Shown here piece after piece: positions 36,105 to 46,831 of a DNA stretch of 64,000 nt; positions within the stretch are counted from its first letter, which is position 1; each line of letters starts with the position of its first letter. This DNA comes from an archaeon (GTDB lineage Archaea; Asgardarchaeota; Thorarchaeia; Thorarchaeales; Thorarchaeaceae), in NCBI GenBank assembly GCA_024276825.1, contig JAJRWI010000033.1:64001-128000 (forward strand), in the 5' to 3' direction. Made by a program: the position numbers and the translations under genes. Under the pieces are notes generated by a model. It searched no databases. It was not told the DNA's origin and was given only the letters and a program-made list of their open reading frames with translations.

Positions 36105-36962
36105 TCATATCAACCCCGGTACACTGATGATGTCATAGTAGTCGAACACCGGGCCGTCCTTGCAGGCATACTTCCATGAGGTCGCGGTTCCAATATTGCA
36201 ATGCCCACATTTACCGACACCACACTTCATTCGTCTTTCAAGGGTGACGAAGATATATCGCCGATCAAACCCCCTCTTGACAAGTTCTTCGAACATACCC
36301 CTGTACATTGCTGGAGGACCACACATTGCAACTGCACAATTATTCGGGTCCACATTCACCTTGTCCATGTGTGCTGTTGCACGTCCATGCAATCCGGGGA
36401 AGTCAGGGTCCCGTGTCACAGTCTGAATTATCTCTATGTTCTCTGCAGTTGCAATATCCTTCATGGCCTCTAACTCTTTCTGGAATAGCAACTCCTTGCC
36501 ATACTTTGCACTATTGACAATTGTGATGTTTCCGAACAACCAGCGATTGTCAAGTGCATATAGAAAGATGGATCGCAGAGGGGCCATTCCCAGTCCTGCG
36601 GCTACCAGCAGGAGGTCCTTGTTGTAAAACTGATCCATGGGAAATCCATTTCCATAGGGGCCTCTGACCCCGATGAGATCCCCTGGTTTGAGCTTGTGTA
36701 TCTGGGAGGTGACTCTTCCTGCATTCCTGATACAGAGCTCAAAGAAACCCACTCTTCTGGCTGAAGAGCATATTGAGATCGGAACCTCTCCAATCCCTAG
36801 TAATGATACCTGAACAAACTGTCCAGGCCCGAACCTCCAGTCCCTTGCTCTTATCGGGTCCTCAAACCTAAAGAGGAACAGTTTGTCAATGTTCGACATA
36901 TCATAGACTCGGAGAACACGGACTTGATGCAGTTCGTAAATGTTTGATTCCCCATTACTCAC
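36105..36962 (-). CDS. hydG: Group 3b hydrogenase FAD/NAD(P)-binding subunit gamma
   Basis: PGQF, RGPYGNGF, AAGLGMAPLR, CGPP, ERRMKCGVGKCGHC..CKDGPVF. Confidence 0.94.
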   Translation of the reverse strand: MSNGESNIYELHQVRVLRVYDMSNIDKLFLFRFEDPIRARDWRFGPGQFVQVSLLGIGEVPISICSSARRVGFFELCIRNAGRVTSQIHKLKPGDLIGVRGPYGNGFPMDQFYNKDLLLVAAGLGMAPLRSIFLYALDNRWLFGNITIVNSAKYGKELLFQKELEAMKDIATAENIEIIQTVTRDPDFPGLHGRATAHMDKVNVDPNNCAVAMCGPPAMYRGMFEELVKRGFDRRYIFVTLERRMKCGVGKCGHCNIGTATSWKYACKDGPVFDYYDIISVPGLI

Positions 36963-37985
36963 CTAAGCTTCCCCCCTTACTTCCAGCAGATTCTGCTTGA
37001 AGTTAATCTCTGCGGGACAGAAATATGTACATCTTCCGCAACCCACACAATATGAAGTTGTGACTTCTTGACAATAGGCATTCTTGCAGTGGTACCTATT
37101 GAAGAAGCGGTCTTTCTTTGTGGGTCTAAAGTTATGACCACCCGCGACAAGACCGTGTGTTCTAAACTGGCACGAGTCCCAAAACCTCACACGTTCGCCA
37201 GTCTTACCATCAAGATTTGGGATATCTTTCACATCATAGCACCTGCAGGTGGGACAAGTCGTTGTGCAATTCCCACAACCCAGACACTTTTCACTCTCCC
37301 TCACATACATGGGATGGTCCATGTTCCATTCGAGATGATAGCGTAAATCATCCCAGTTACCCTGTATCGAGAACATACTTCTTCTCTTGACCTCGAACTC
37401 TGCAATGTAATCTGTGTCCTCTTTAGAGATTTCCTCCTCAAACAGGTCAAGGTTTGGCTCTATGAGTTTATGTCCAGTGATACTTCTTACTCTGACTAGA
37501 AATCCATCAGATATTTCATGGAAGAAGAGATCAAATCCTGCATCGACAATCTCTACACGCCTGACATTACAGAAACAATACTCGTCAGGAAGGCATGAGA
37601 TTCCTATGATTATGCCATTCTCACGATGCTTCTTATACATGGGGTCTGGCTGCTCATCAAGAAAGGTAGCATCAATAATCCTAAGCCCTACAATGTCGCA
37701 AGAATGCACTCCAAATAGAATCACTCGTTCAGACTGGATCTCTACGGGATACTCCTCTACCTCCTCCATATTGAATTTGAACATGGTTTCCTTCTCTGGA
37801 TAGAAAAACCTACGGGGTGGTCTTACTGTTCTGTTGTATTCGAATATGACGCTATGAACATCATCAACCTCCACAAAATCATAATACTTCTCTGAGATAT
37901 TTTGAGGGGCATGCAATGTTCCCAGGTCCTTGAGACGTTCAAGGAACATGTAGGTGTTTTCCCGCGAAATCTTTACGTATCTCAA
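36963..37985 (-). CDS. hydB: Group 3b hydrogenase Fe-S subunit beta
   Basis: GVHSCD, CLGCGNCTTTCPTCRC, WDSC, CVGCGRCTYFCP. Confidence 0.94.
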   Translation of the reverse strand: MRYVKISRENTYMFLERLKDLGTLHAPQNISEKYYDFVEVDDVHSVIFEYNRTVRPPRRFFYPEKETMFKFNMEEVEEYPVEIQSERVILFGVHSCDIVGLRIIDATFLDEQPDPMYKKHRENGIIIGISCLPDEYCFCNVRRVEIVDAGFDLFFHEISDGFLVRVRSITGHKLIEPNLDLFEEEISKEDTDYIAEFEVKRRSMFSIQGNWDDLRYHLEWNMDHPMYVRESEKCLGCGNCTTTCPTCRCYDVKDIPNLDGKTGERVRFWDSCQFRTHGLVAGGHNFRPTKKDRFFNRYHCKNAYCQEVTTSYCVGCGRCTYFCPAEINFKQNLLEVRGEA

Positions 37986-38117
37986 TACAGAGCCTCCCGA
38001 ACTAGCCTATTAGTATAGACTCGTCTTAATAAAAAGGAGTTTGATGGCACCATTTCACCGTACGGGTCAGAAAGATTATAACCCAAAATGAATTTACGCC
38101 AGCGTTAGAACCAGAGC

Positions 38118-41100
38118 TTGGAGAACCTCTCAATGGTCAGCGAAGCGGTGCAAAAACCTGATAGCAAATCAAAACCAACTGACGTTGTGATCATTGGAGC
38201 AGGAATGGCTGGTATCAATGCGGCCATTGACCTTGCCGAAGGTGGTCATCACGCTCATCTCATTGAGCGTACGGTCAATATTGGTGGTAAGTATGTGGCA
38301 ATTTACAAGGTCTTTCCAATGCTTGAGTGCTCAGCATGTGTTATGACCCCCCTCACCTCTTATGTTGGTAAGCATCCAAACATCACAATACACGCACTCT
38401 CCGAGGTTGTCAAGGTCTCAGGGAGCAAAGGCAACTTCACAGTGACCATTCGTAAGAGAGCCCGCTATGTCAATGAGGACAAATGTACGGGTTGTGGTCT
38501 CTGTGTCCGTGCCTGTCCTGTTGAAGTGCCGAATGAATATGATCGCGGTCTCTCATTGAGAAAAGCAATCTACTTTAACTTCCCTCAACAGATCCCTCTT
38601 ATTGCGACCATTGACAGAGATGCATGTATTGGATGCGGTACTTGTGCTGGGGTCTGCCCTCAAGATTGTATAAACTATGAGGACCAAGACAAAGAATATG
38701 AGATTAATGCTGGTTCTATAATTGTTGCAACTGGTTTTGACGAGTACGAGCCCTTGGACTATGCTGAGTATGGCTATGGCATTTTTCCAAATGTGGTCAC
38801 CTCTCTACAATATGACCGCCAGACTCATCCCACTGGCCCAACTGATGCTCATATGGTACGACCATCAGATGGTAAAGAACCCACAAGGATATTGTTTGTC
38901 AACTGCGTTGGAAGCAGAGATGTGCGAGAGGCAATCAATGGCTATAGCAAACATTGCAATCGCGTCTGTTGCTCCTTCGGGCTCAAGCTGGCACAAGTCA
39001 CAAGAATGCACTATCCAGAGGACCATTGCGAAATAATCTATACTTACATGGACATGCGGACAGCTGGAAAGGCATTGGAAGAGTTTCTCTGGGACTCTCA
39101 ACACAACCAAGGCATCAAGTTTATCCGCGGCAGGGTGGCAGAGGTTTACGAGGACCCTGACACACATGACCTCTCAGTAAAGTTAGAAGACACAGAAACT
39201 GGAGAGATAATGGAGATCAAAGATGTATCAATGATGGTTCTTAATGCAAGTTTCAGACCCGCCAAGGACCTTGATAATCTGGCAAAGATATTGAAGATAG
39301 ATCTTGATGATACTGGTTTTGTGAAGGAGTCGCACCCTAACGCACATGCTCTAGAAACCACAAGGCCTGGCATATTTGTTGCAGGTTGCGCTCATGGTCC
39401 AAAAGATGGCACTGACACAGTAAATGAAGGCAAGGGTGCCGCAATGGCAGCACATTCTATCCTGCCGATTCCACCACCTCCAGAACCAGAGGACATTCCG
39501 CCTGCGGAAATCGCTGATGAGCCAAGAGTTGGAGTCTTCATCTGTCATTGTGGAGGCATCATTGGAAATGTCATTGATTCCCCAGGATTGGCTGAATGGG
39601 CTAAAGGTCTTCCAAATGTGGTTTATTCCACAGATTACATCTTCATGTGCAGCGACCCAGGACAAGAACTCATAACGAAGGCAATTCGAGAGCATAAACT
39701 GAATAGGGTTGTTGTCGGATCATGTTCACCTCTTCAGCATGAGGCTACCTTTAGGCGTGCCCTTGAAGCAGCAGGCCTCTCACAGTATTATTTTGTGGGG
39801 CCCGCAGGGCTCAGAGAGCATCTCGCACTTGTGAATGCCAATGCACCCAAGGAAGAAAGGCAAAAGAAGGGTCAAGACCTTATTCGCAGTGCAGTTGCTA
39901 AAGCGATCAATAATGAAATAGTTCCTGTCAAGTCATTGGAGGTGGTACGGACCACCATGGTTGTGGGTGGTGGGGTTTCAGGAATGACAGCGGCTCTTGA
40001 CATTGCCAAAAAAGGCTTCAATGTGATCCTTGTTGAAAAGGAAGACCGATTGGGCGGTCGCTTGAATGATCTATACAACGTATTCCCCCAACTATTGAGC
40101 GCTCAAGAGATTGTTGAGGACTTGGTTTCACGGATTGAAAAGAGCAAGCGAATCAAAGTATTATTGAAAAGCAAAGTGGTTGCCAGAGATGGGTCTTATG
40201 GGAATTATAAGATAACCGTGGAGAACACCCAAACTGGTGAACAGTTGACTTATGATATTGGGTCCATGGTGATAACAGTAGGGACCGATACATATGAGCC
40301 AAAACCTGGCGAATACGGCTATGGTGAGGTGCCTGGAGTAATCACAACCCTTCAACTTGAACGAATGCTGCGGAATGGTGAGTTGAAAGAACCACCAAAG
40401 AACCCAGTGTTCATCCATTGTGTTGGATCAAGACAAAATCCGGGTGAGGGCAATCGCTATTGTTCACGTGTGTGTTGTTCTGCTGTTATCGCAATGCAAC
40501 ATGAATTACGAGAGATGTTTCCAGACATCAGGATATTCTCCGCCTACAAAGAACACATCAGACCCTATGCCAATAAGATGGAAGAGATGTGGCGTGAAAA
40601 CCGGCAGAATGGTGTGTCATACCTCCGCTGGATACGAGATCGCCCCGTGACCGTTAAGAAGGACCCCGATGGCGATGGTGCGATAGTGACGATTTATGAT
40701 ACTCTCTTACAGGAAACTCTCAGAATCAAGTCTAACATGGTCGTATTGGCGGTAGGCTTGGAAGCCCCTCATGATATTGATGAGATTGTCAGGGCTCTTG
40801 GAATCAACAGGGGTCAGGATGGTTTTTTGCTCGAGATGCATATGAAGTACCGCCCAGTGGACACCACAGTGCCTGGTGTGTTCTTGGGGGTGACCTATGC
40901 AAAGAATATTGCTGACTCGGTCAATCAGGCCCGTAGTGCTGCAAGTGCTGCCACAATTCCTCTTAATCTGGGCACTGTGGAGATCGAGCTTCTCACAGCC
41001 GAAGTCGATCAGGAACTATGTGTGGGTTGTGATCTATGTCACTACTCAGAGATATGTCCATATGATGCCATAAGCATGATAGAGATTGAACCTGGAGTGA

Positions 41101-41237
41101 AGAAGAGTGTGACTGACGAGTTAAAGTGTGAGGGCTGTGGTGCATGCTGTGCAATCTGTCCTACAGGTGCCCGCGACTTGCGTTGGTGGCGTGAGAAGAG
41201 TCTTCTTGAAGAGATAGAAGCCATGTTGAAGGAATAG
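38118..41237 (+). CDS. hdrA: Heterodisulfide reductase A-like protein with two FAD modules
   Basis: Two GxGxxG FAD modules, inserted 2[4Fe-4S] ferredoxin, two CVGSR...CxRVCC motifs, central VGVFICHCG domain, C-terminal ferredoxin. Confidence 0.93.
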   Translation: MENLSMVSEAVQKPDSKSKPTDVVIIGAGMAGINAAIDLAEGGHHAHLIERTVNIGGKYVAIYKVFPMLECSACVMTPLTSYVGKHPNITIHALSEVVKVSGSKGNFTVTIRKRARYVNEDKCTGCGLCVRACPVEVPNEYDRGLSLRKAIYFNFPQQIPLIATIDRDACIGCGTCAGVCPQDCINYEDQDKEYEINAGSIIVATGFDEYEPLDYAEYGYGIFPNVVTSLQYDRQTHPTGPTDAHMVRPSDGKEPTRILFVNCVGSRDVREAINGYSKHCNRVCCSFGLKLAQVTRMHYPEDHCEIIYTYMDMRTAGKALEEFLWDSQHNQGIKFIRGRVAEVYEDPDTHDLSVKLEDTETGEIMEIKDVSMMVLNASFRPAKDLDNLAKILKIDLDDTGFVKESHPNAHALETTRPGIFVAGCAHGPKDGTDTVNEGKGAAMAAHSILPIPPPPEPEDIPPAEIADEPRVGVFICHCGGIIGNVIDSPGLAEWAKGLPNVVYSTDYIFMCSDPGQELITKAIREHKLNRVVVGSCSPLQHEATFRRALEAAGLSQYYFVGPAGLREHLALVNANAPKEERQKKGQDLIRSAVAKAINNEIVPVKSLEVVRTTMVVGGGVSGMTAALDIAKKGFNVILVEKEDRLGGRLNDLYNVFPQLLSAQEIVEDLVSRIEKSKRIKVLLKSKVVARDGSYGNYKITVENTQTGEQLTYDIGSMVITVGTDTYEPKPGEYGYGEVPGVITTLQLERMLRNGELKEPPKNPVFIHCVGSRQNPGEGNRYCSRVCCSAVIAMQHELREMFPDIRIFSAYKEHIRPYANKMEEMWRENRQNGVSYLRWIRDRPVTVKKDPDGDGAIVTIYDTLLQETLRIKSNMVVLAVGLEAPHDIDEIVRALGINRGQDGFLLEMHMKYRPVDTTVPGVFLGVTYAKNIADSVNQARSAASAATIPLNLGTVEIELLTAEVDQELCVGCDLCHYSEICPYDAISMIEIEPGVKKSVTDELKCEGCGACCAICPTGARDLRWWREKSLLEEIEAMLKE

Positions 41238-41813
41238 GTGTCATGTATGGTCACACTTGATGGACTATATGCAGCTTGGCATGTGCTTAATGAACTGCTT
41301 GGTGAACTGAATGGCAATGGTGTATTCATCCCAAAGTTCACTTATGCAGACATGCGTAATGCCAAGATGATGATTGAATATCTCCGCTCATTCGATGAAG
41401 ACATCCAGAGCTTTCAGAGGAGTGAAACTGATATCCGTGAAGAAATGGAAGGCAAAATGTCAAGTCTAAGAGAATCACTGATGGTCTGGGCTGAGGAGAA
41501 CCAAGGACTCGAATACAGGCAGAATTGGGAGCATCGCTTTGAGAAGGCGCTTCATGGCGAAGCTGTTGATATTGTCATTGAAGAACAAGTCCCAATATCT
41601 GATATCCCCCGAGAGAGGGATGTGGGCTTTTTCAGAATCAGACTACCTGATGAAATTCCTGTGGAGGTCATCTCAGAGATTGCCGAGGACTGCAGAGTAA
41701 TAATCTCGCTTGACGGCGAAAGACATCTACAAGTCAGCGGCAAGAAGGAATGTGTACGCGATGCCATGCAGCGTCTGGGCGAACTGTTCTATGGTGAGAG
41801 CCGATTGGACTGA
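41238..41813 (+). CDS. DUF2096-like protein
   Basis: AWHVLNELLGEL..G..IP...DMRNAKMMI N-terminus typical of DUF2096; abuts hdrA. Confidence 0.7.
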   Translation: MSCMVTLDGLYAAWHVLNELLGELNGNGVFIPKFTYADMRNAKMMIEYLRSFDEDIQSFQRSETDIREEMEGKMSSLRESLMVWAEENQGLEYRQNWEHRFEKALHGEAVDIVIEEQVPISDIPRERDVGFFRIRLPDEIPVEVISEIAEDCRVIISLDGERHLQVSGKKECVRDAMQRLGELFYGESRLD

Positions 41814-41858
41814 GTTCTGACTTGTGATTATGATTGTAATACTTGCCTTGTCTTGACA

Positions 41859-42734
41859 TTAGATCCCAAGTATATCGCTTACAGGATCAAGAGAGATTCT
41901 GTCCAGTTCGAGCCCGAGCCGTTCTTCATCAAGTCCCATGGCAAGACCCAAGATCTGAGTCACAAACAAGGCAGGGAGTTCTAGCGATTCACCATTTTCA
42001 TCAGTCAATCCAAGGGCCTGAACATCATACTGGGTATGACAGGCGGGACAGTTGGTCACAACACAGTTAGCACCTGAGGCTTTTGCATCGGCAAGCTTCT
42101 CCTTTAATATCCTCGTTGCCACATCCTCGCTGGCAATCAAGAGCGGTGAACCACAGCATCTGAGTTTCAGGTTCCAAGGAATACTCTTAGCCCCGGTCAA
42201 CTCAATCAACTCATCAACTTTGCTGGGCAACTCGGGATCATCGAACCCTGCAACTTTGGACGGCCTTAGGAGATGGCATCCAGGATGAAATGCAACCTTG
42301 AGCCCTTCAAGTGGTTTCACAATCTTTGAGGCAATCTCGTCCTTCAAGTCATAAAGGACCTCTACAAAGTGTCTTATCTTGGACTTGCCCGTATACTCGA
42401 GCCCAAGCTCTTTGAGCACCTCATTGACGGCCTTTCTCTGTTCCTCCTCGGTATGTAGAACATGATCGACATCCTTTAGTGAGCCAAAGCAGCCGTTGCA
42501 TGGCGTAACAATGTCATGTCCTCTCTTCTCGGCGAGTGCAATGTTTCGACCAGACATTGAAAGCCAGCTGTACTCATCAATTGACTTGAGCACAACAGTA
42601 CCACAGCAGGTTGCACCATCAAAGTCAAGAAGCTTTATGTCTAGAGCCTCTGCGACGGCTCGCATGCTGCTCTCATAATTATTGAATCGATTCGGAATCG
42701 CACATCCAAGAAAGACCTCGTATGTCTTGTTCAT
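41859..42734 (-). CDS. hdrB: Heterodisulfide reductase subunit B (copy 1)
   Basis: Two CCG domains: FLGC..TCCG..PCNGC and HPGCH..CCG..CPAC. Confidence 0.93.
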   Translation of the reverse strand: MNKTYEVFLGCAIPNRFNNYESSMRAVAEALDIKLLDFDGATCCGTVVLKSIDEYSWLSMSGRNIALAEKRGHDIVTPCNGCFGSLKDVDHVLHTEEEQRKAVNEVLKELGLEYTGKSKIRHFVEVLYDLKDEIASKIVKPLEGLKVAFHPGCHLLRPSKVAGFDDPELPSKVDELIELTGAKSIPWNLKLRCCGSPLLIASEDVATRILKEKLADAKASGANCVVTNCPACHTQYDVQALGLTDENGESLELPALFVTQILGLAMGLDEERLGLELDRISLDPVSDILGI

Positions 42735-43253
42735 TTATTCCTCCTCCTGTAGCTTCAAGAGCCTAGTCTTGTCCAATAACTTCTTCACATCATTGATGTC
42801 AAACTCGGGAACATCATCAAGTTCCAAGTCTTCACGTTCCCAGTCTGTGGGCTCATAGAGTCGTCCATTATTATACAAACCCTGAGCAGCAGCAACATAA
42901 CCGGGTGGCGCAATCCCTTTTCTATAGGCCATGTTCTTCAGACCAAAGAGAATGTCCGTAATGTCTATTCCCTGTGGACAACGCTCCTGACAAGTATAGC
43001 AAGTCGTGCATAACCAGATCATGTCGGTTTCTAAGACCTCCTCAAGACCAAAGAGAAGCATTCTCATGACCTCATGAATCTGGATGTTCACTTTATCACT
43101 GACGGGGCATCCCCCACTGCACTTGGCGCATTGAAAACATGCAGTCAGGTCTTGCCCGCCGATGAGTTCGGACACCTTCTTTGTGAATTTGGCGTCCAGC
43201 TTTTTGAATGTCATTCCCTCAAAAGATTTGAATCGGCCCCAACTCTCGGTCAT
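42735..43253 (-). CDS. hdrC: Heterodisulfide reductase subunit C (copy 1)
   Basis: CFQCAKCSGGCP; WLCTTCYTCQERCP. Confidence 0.93.
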   Translation of the reverse strand: MTESWGRFKSFEGMTFKKLDAKFTKKVSELIGGQDLTACFQCAKCSGGCPVSDKVNIQIHEVMRMLLFGLEEVLETDMIWLCTTCYTCQERCPQGIDITDILFGLKNMAYRKGIAPPGYVAAAQGLYNNGRLYEPTDWEREDLELDDVPEFDINDVKKLLDKTRLLKLQEEE

Positions 43254-43255
43254 GA

Positions 43256-46200
43256 TTATCTCCTCCTCGGCCTAAGTGGGCTTGGCCCAAGCTTCTCAAC
43301 GAGTTCCGTGAGTTCTTTCACTTTCTCTGCATATATTGGCCCCTCACTTGCGCTAATATGTGTGAATTGAAGTCTCTCAGGTTCAAGTCCTGCTTTTTCA
43401 ATAATCTTCTTGGCAATCATGTATCTTCTCTCGAATGCTATATTTCCATCAACATAATGGCAGTCTCCAACATGACACCCTGATATCCAGACCATATCAG
43501 CACCTAACCTGAATGCCTCTAGAATATGAGTCACACTGACCCTTCCAGTACACATCACCCTGATATCTCTCACAGCGGGCGGCTGTTGAAGCCTTGCAAC
43601 GCCCGCCGAGTCTGCGCCTGCATAGGTACACCAGTTGCACATTATCGTGAGAATGCGAGGTTCATTTGGTGGCAGGTCTTCAAGAGCACTCCTGACCTGA
43701 GCCATTATCTGATCATCTGTGAAGTGCTTCATGGTGATTGCCCCCGCTGGACAACCTGCAGCGCATTTGCCGCAACCTTGGCAGAGAACCGGATTTGACA
43801 CCGCATAATCATGAGATCCATCGCCTGGTACCACTGCAATCGCATTGTATGCACAGTTGATCTCACAGGTGCCACAGCCAACACATACCTCTGGATCAAC
43901 CACTGAAACTATGGCCTCTGCCTTTCTCACACCTTTAACCAGCGGAATCAATGCGCGCATGGCAGCACCCTGTCCCTGTGCCATGGCCTCATTGATGCCT
44001 TTGGGTGCAGTAGCTGTACCTGCAACAAAGACACCATCTGTCTGAAAGTCAATGGGCCGAAGCTTGGGGTGGGCCTCCATGAAATATCCTGACATATTTA
44101 GTGAGAGTTTGAACAACTCCGAGACCTCTTTGTTGGACTCGTGTGGGACCATTGCAGTTGCCAGAACTACATGATCCACATCTAGCTCAAGGGTTGCACC
44201 AAGCACCTGATCCTTAACAGTGACGGTCAGGGCTTTGTCTTTACCCTTCTTCACAACTGGTGGTTCATCCTTGTCAAACCTGATGAACACGGCTCCCTTT
44301 TTTCTGGCCTCCCTGTATTTGTCCTCAACATTGTAGGGGGCACGAAGGTCCCTGTACAAATGAAACACCCGTGAGTCAGGATATCTATCAAGAAGCTCTA
44401 GTGTATGCTCTAGGGCGACAGTACAGCAGACTGATGAGCACCATGTTCTTGAGCCCTCAAGGGACTCGTCCTCACGTGAGCCTGCACAATGAATCACAAC
44501 GAATGTTTCACCGTTTTTAATCCCATCTTCCTCAATCACCCTCCTGTTGAACTCTGCCTCGGTCATCACCTCTGGGAGCTTCTTCAGGCCATAGAGCCCC
44601 TCCTCCTCAAGCATGGTTGCACCAGTAGCAACAATAATGACTCCGATCTTTATCTCCTTCTCCTCATCATTGGTGTTGACTATGACATTGAAATCTCCGA
44701 TGGCTCCTTTCGATGAAACAACCTGGGAGTTCAGCATCAATTCGATGTTTGCATTACTCTCAATTTTCTTCTCATATTCACTGATCAACTCTTCAGTGGA
44801 CCTGCTGTCAAAATTAACAGTCTTCACCCTGTTGAGAAAGCCTCCGACCCTGCTCTCTCTCTCAACCAGATACACCTTGTAACCCTTATTGGCAATAATC
44901 TCTGCTGCGGTCATCCCTGCGACTCCCGCACCAATTACCAGTGCCATGGGAGCTATCTCGGTGATCGCCTCCTCCTGAGGTTCAAGAATTGTCGCTCTGG
45001 CCACTGCCATTCTGACAAGGTCCATGGCCTTCTCTGTGGCCTCATCCTTTTCAGTCTGATGAATCCATGAGCAATGCTCGCGAATATTGGCAAGCTCAAA
45101 CAGATACTTGTTCAGCCCTGCTTCCTCAATTGTGGTTCTGAACAGTGGTTCATGAGTCCTTGGAGTACATGATGCAACAACAACTCTGTTCAGCTTGTGT
45201 TCCTTTATGGCCTCCTTGATCACGACTTGCGAGTCTGAAGAGCATGAATAGAGCAGGTTCTCAGCATAGACCACATTGGGCAGAGTGCTTGCGTATTCGG
45301 TCACACGGGCGACATCCACAGTGCCAGCAATATTGATTCCGCATGAACAGATAATGACCCCTATCCTGGGCTCTCCTGCCATCAACTCCAAATCTTGGCC
45401 CTCAATTGTATCGGTCTTCGAGTATGCCTTTGGTGTAGCAATGTCCATGGCAGCCAGTGCCGCAGCAGCACTGCCCTGAGCAACAGAATCAGGAATGTCC
45501 TTGGGTGCATTGCATGTTCCACACATATGCACACCCTCCACACCGGTTTCAGTAAGGAGAAGACCTCCATTCTGTGCTGGAATGAAGCCATATTTGTCAG
45601 TCTTTATTCCAATGCTCTCAAACAGCTTGCTGTTGTCCGTTGGAATCATTGCAGGACATAGAACAACAAGGTCATACCTGTCAATCAGGACCTCGTGTTC
45701 CTTTGCATCAACATGCTTGATGATAAGGTCATGGGTGGTAGGGTCCTCATGAATCTCACTTGGGAGCCCCTTGACATAGTTTATGCCATACTCTGTCTCT
45801 CCGCGTACAATAAACTCCTCGAAGCCCTTACCAAAGACTCTCATATCATTGAATAAAATGTCAATGTGCACCTCTGGAGTGTGCTCCTTTGTGATTATTG
45901 CCTCCTTTGTGGCATAAGTACAGCAGATCTTAGAGCAATATGCGCAGTGATTCACGTCCCTACTCCCAACGCACTGAACGAATGCTATACGATGAGGCTC
46001 GCGACCATCAGAGGGTCTCATGACCACGCCGCTGGTTGGTCCGCTTGCAGACACCATTCTCTCATATTCCAGTGATGACACAACATTTGGGAATCTACCA
46101 TAACCATACTCTGGAACTGTCGCGGGATCTATCAACTCAAACCCCGTTGCAATAATTATTGAACCCGCATTGACCTCGATGGTCTCATCAGTGAATGCCT

Positions 46201-46723
46201 CAAAGTCAATCGCTTTTGCCTTGCAAGTCTTAACACACATCATACACTGGATGCAATTTTCAATGTCAATTGTTGCTACATTGGGCACTGCTTGTGGGAA
46301 TGGGATATATGCCGCCTTTCTCATCTTTAGACCCATGTCATACTCGTTTGGGACCTCAATAGGACATATCCGCTCACAGTCCCCACAACCTGTGCACTTG
46401 TCAGGATCTACCCTTCTGTTCTTTTTGAGAATCTTGACATTGAAGTTTCCACGCTTGCCAGAAACCTCGATGACCTCTGAGTATGACATGATCTCAATGT
46501 TTGGGTGTCGTGAACAATCAACCATCCATGGCCCCTGAATACACATTGCACAATCAAGCGTGGGGAACGTCTTATCTAGTTGTGACATGTGTCCACCAAT
46601 TGATGGTTGCCTCTCAACCAGATAGACCTTGACTCCCATTTCCGCCAGATCTAATGCAGCTCGCATTCCCGAGATGCCAGCTCCGACAATCATAACGGGC
46701 TTTGTTTCTGACTCAGCCATCAC
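43256..46723 (-). CDS. hdrA: Double-module HdrA fused to C-terminal MvhD
   Basis: LDKTFPTLDC, two FAD modules, ferredoxins; C-terminal MCNWCTYAGAD..RVMCTGRV..GCHVGDCHY..GPSPL (MvhD). Confidence 0.94.
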   Translation of the reverse strand: MMAESETKPVMIVGAGISGMRAALDLAEMGVKVYLVERQPSIGGHMSQLDKTFPTLDCAMCIQGPWMVDCSRHPNIEIMSYSEVIEVSGKRGNFNVKILKKNRRVDPDKCTGCGDCERICPIEVPNEYDMGLKMRKAAYIPFPQAVPNVATIDIENCIQCMMCVKTCKAKAIDFEAFTDETIEVNAGSIIIATGFELIDPATVPEYGYGRFPNVVSSLEYERMVSASGPTSGVVMRPSDGREPHRIAFVQCVGSRDVNHCAYCSKICCTYATKEAIITKEHTPEVHIDILFNDMRVFGKGFEEFIVRGETEYGINYVKGLPSEIHEDPTTHDLIIKHVDAKEHEVLIDRYDLVVLCPAMIPTDNSKLFESIGIKTDKYGFIPAQNGGLLLTETGVEGVHMCGTCNAPKDIPDSVAQGSAAAALAAMDIATPKAYSKTDTIEGQDLELMAGEPRIGVIICSCGINIAGTVDVARVTEYASTLPNVVYAENLLYSCSSDSQVVIKEAIKEHKLNRVVVASCTPRTHEPLFRTTIEEAGLNKYLFELANIREHCSWIHQTEKDEATEKAMDLVRMAVARATILEPQEEAITEIAPMALVIGAGVAGMTAAEIIANKGYKVYLVERESRVGGFLNRVKTVNFDSRSTEELISEYEKKIESNANIELMLNSQVVSSKGAIGDFNVIVNTNDEEKEIKIGVIIVATGATMLEEEGLYGLKKLPEVMTEAEFNRRVIEEDGIKNGETFVVIHCAGSREDESLEGSRTWCSSVCCTVALEHTLELLDRYPDSRVFHLYRDLRAPYNVEDKYREARKKGAVFIRFDKDEPPVVKKGKDKALTVTVKDQVLGATLELDVDHVVLATAMVPHESNKEVSELFKLSLNMSGYFMEAHPKLRPIDFQTDGVFVAGTATAPKGINEAMAQGQGAAMRALIPLVKGVRKAEAIVSVVDPEVCVGCGTCEINCAYNAIAVVPGDGSHDYAVSNPVLCQGCGKCAAGCPAGAITMKHFTDDQIMAQVRSALEDLPPNEPRILTIMCNWCTYAGADSAGVARLQQPPAVRDIRVMCTGRVSVTHILEAFRLGADMVWISGCHVGDCHYVDGNIAFERRYMIAKKIIEKAGLEPERLQFTHISASEGPIYAEKVKELTELVEKLGPSPLRPRRR

Positions 46724-46831
46724 TGATTACACTCCAGAGTGTTTGCGAACGGATAACTTGCGTGATAAAATGTTTATTGTTGGCACCATGGCCAATTGAA
46801 CCATGAGTTGAATAGCTATGCTTTTGGATAT

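Noticed and set aside
38118-46723. Selenocysteine in HdrA/MvhD, as known for some Asgard archaea and methanogens
   Set aside because: Both ORFs are uninterrupted and have Cys at the relevant motifs (ECSAC, DCAMC, CNWC, GCHVGDCHY); no in-frame TGA.
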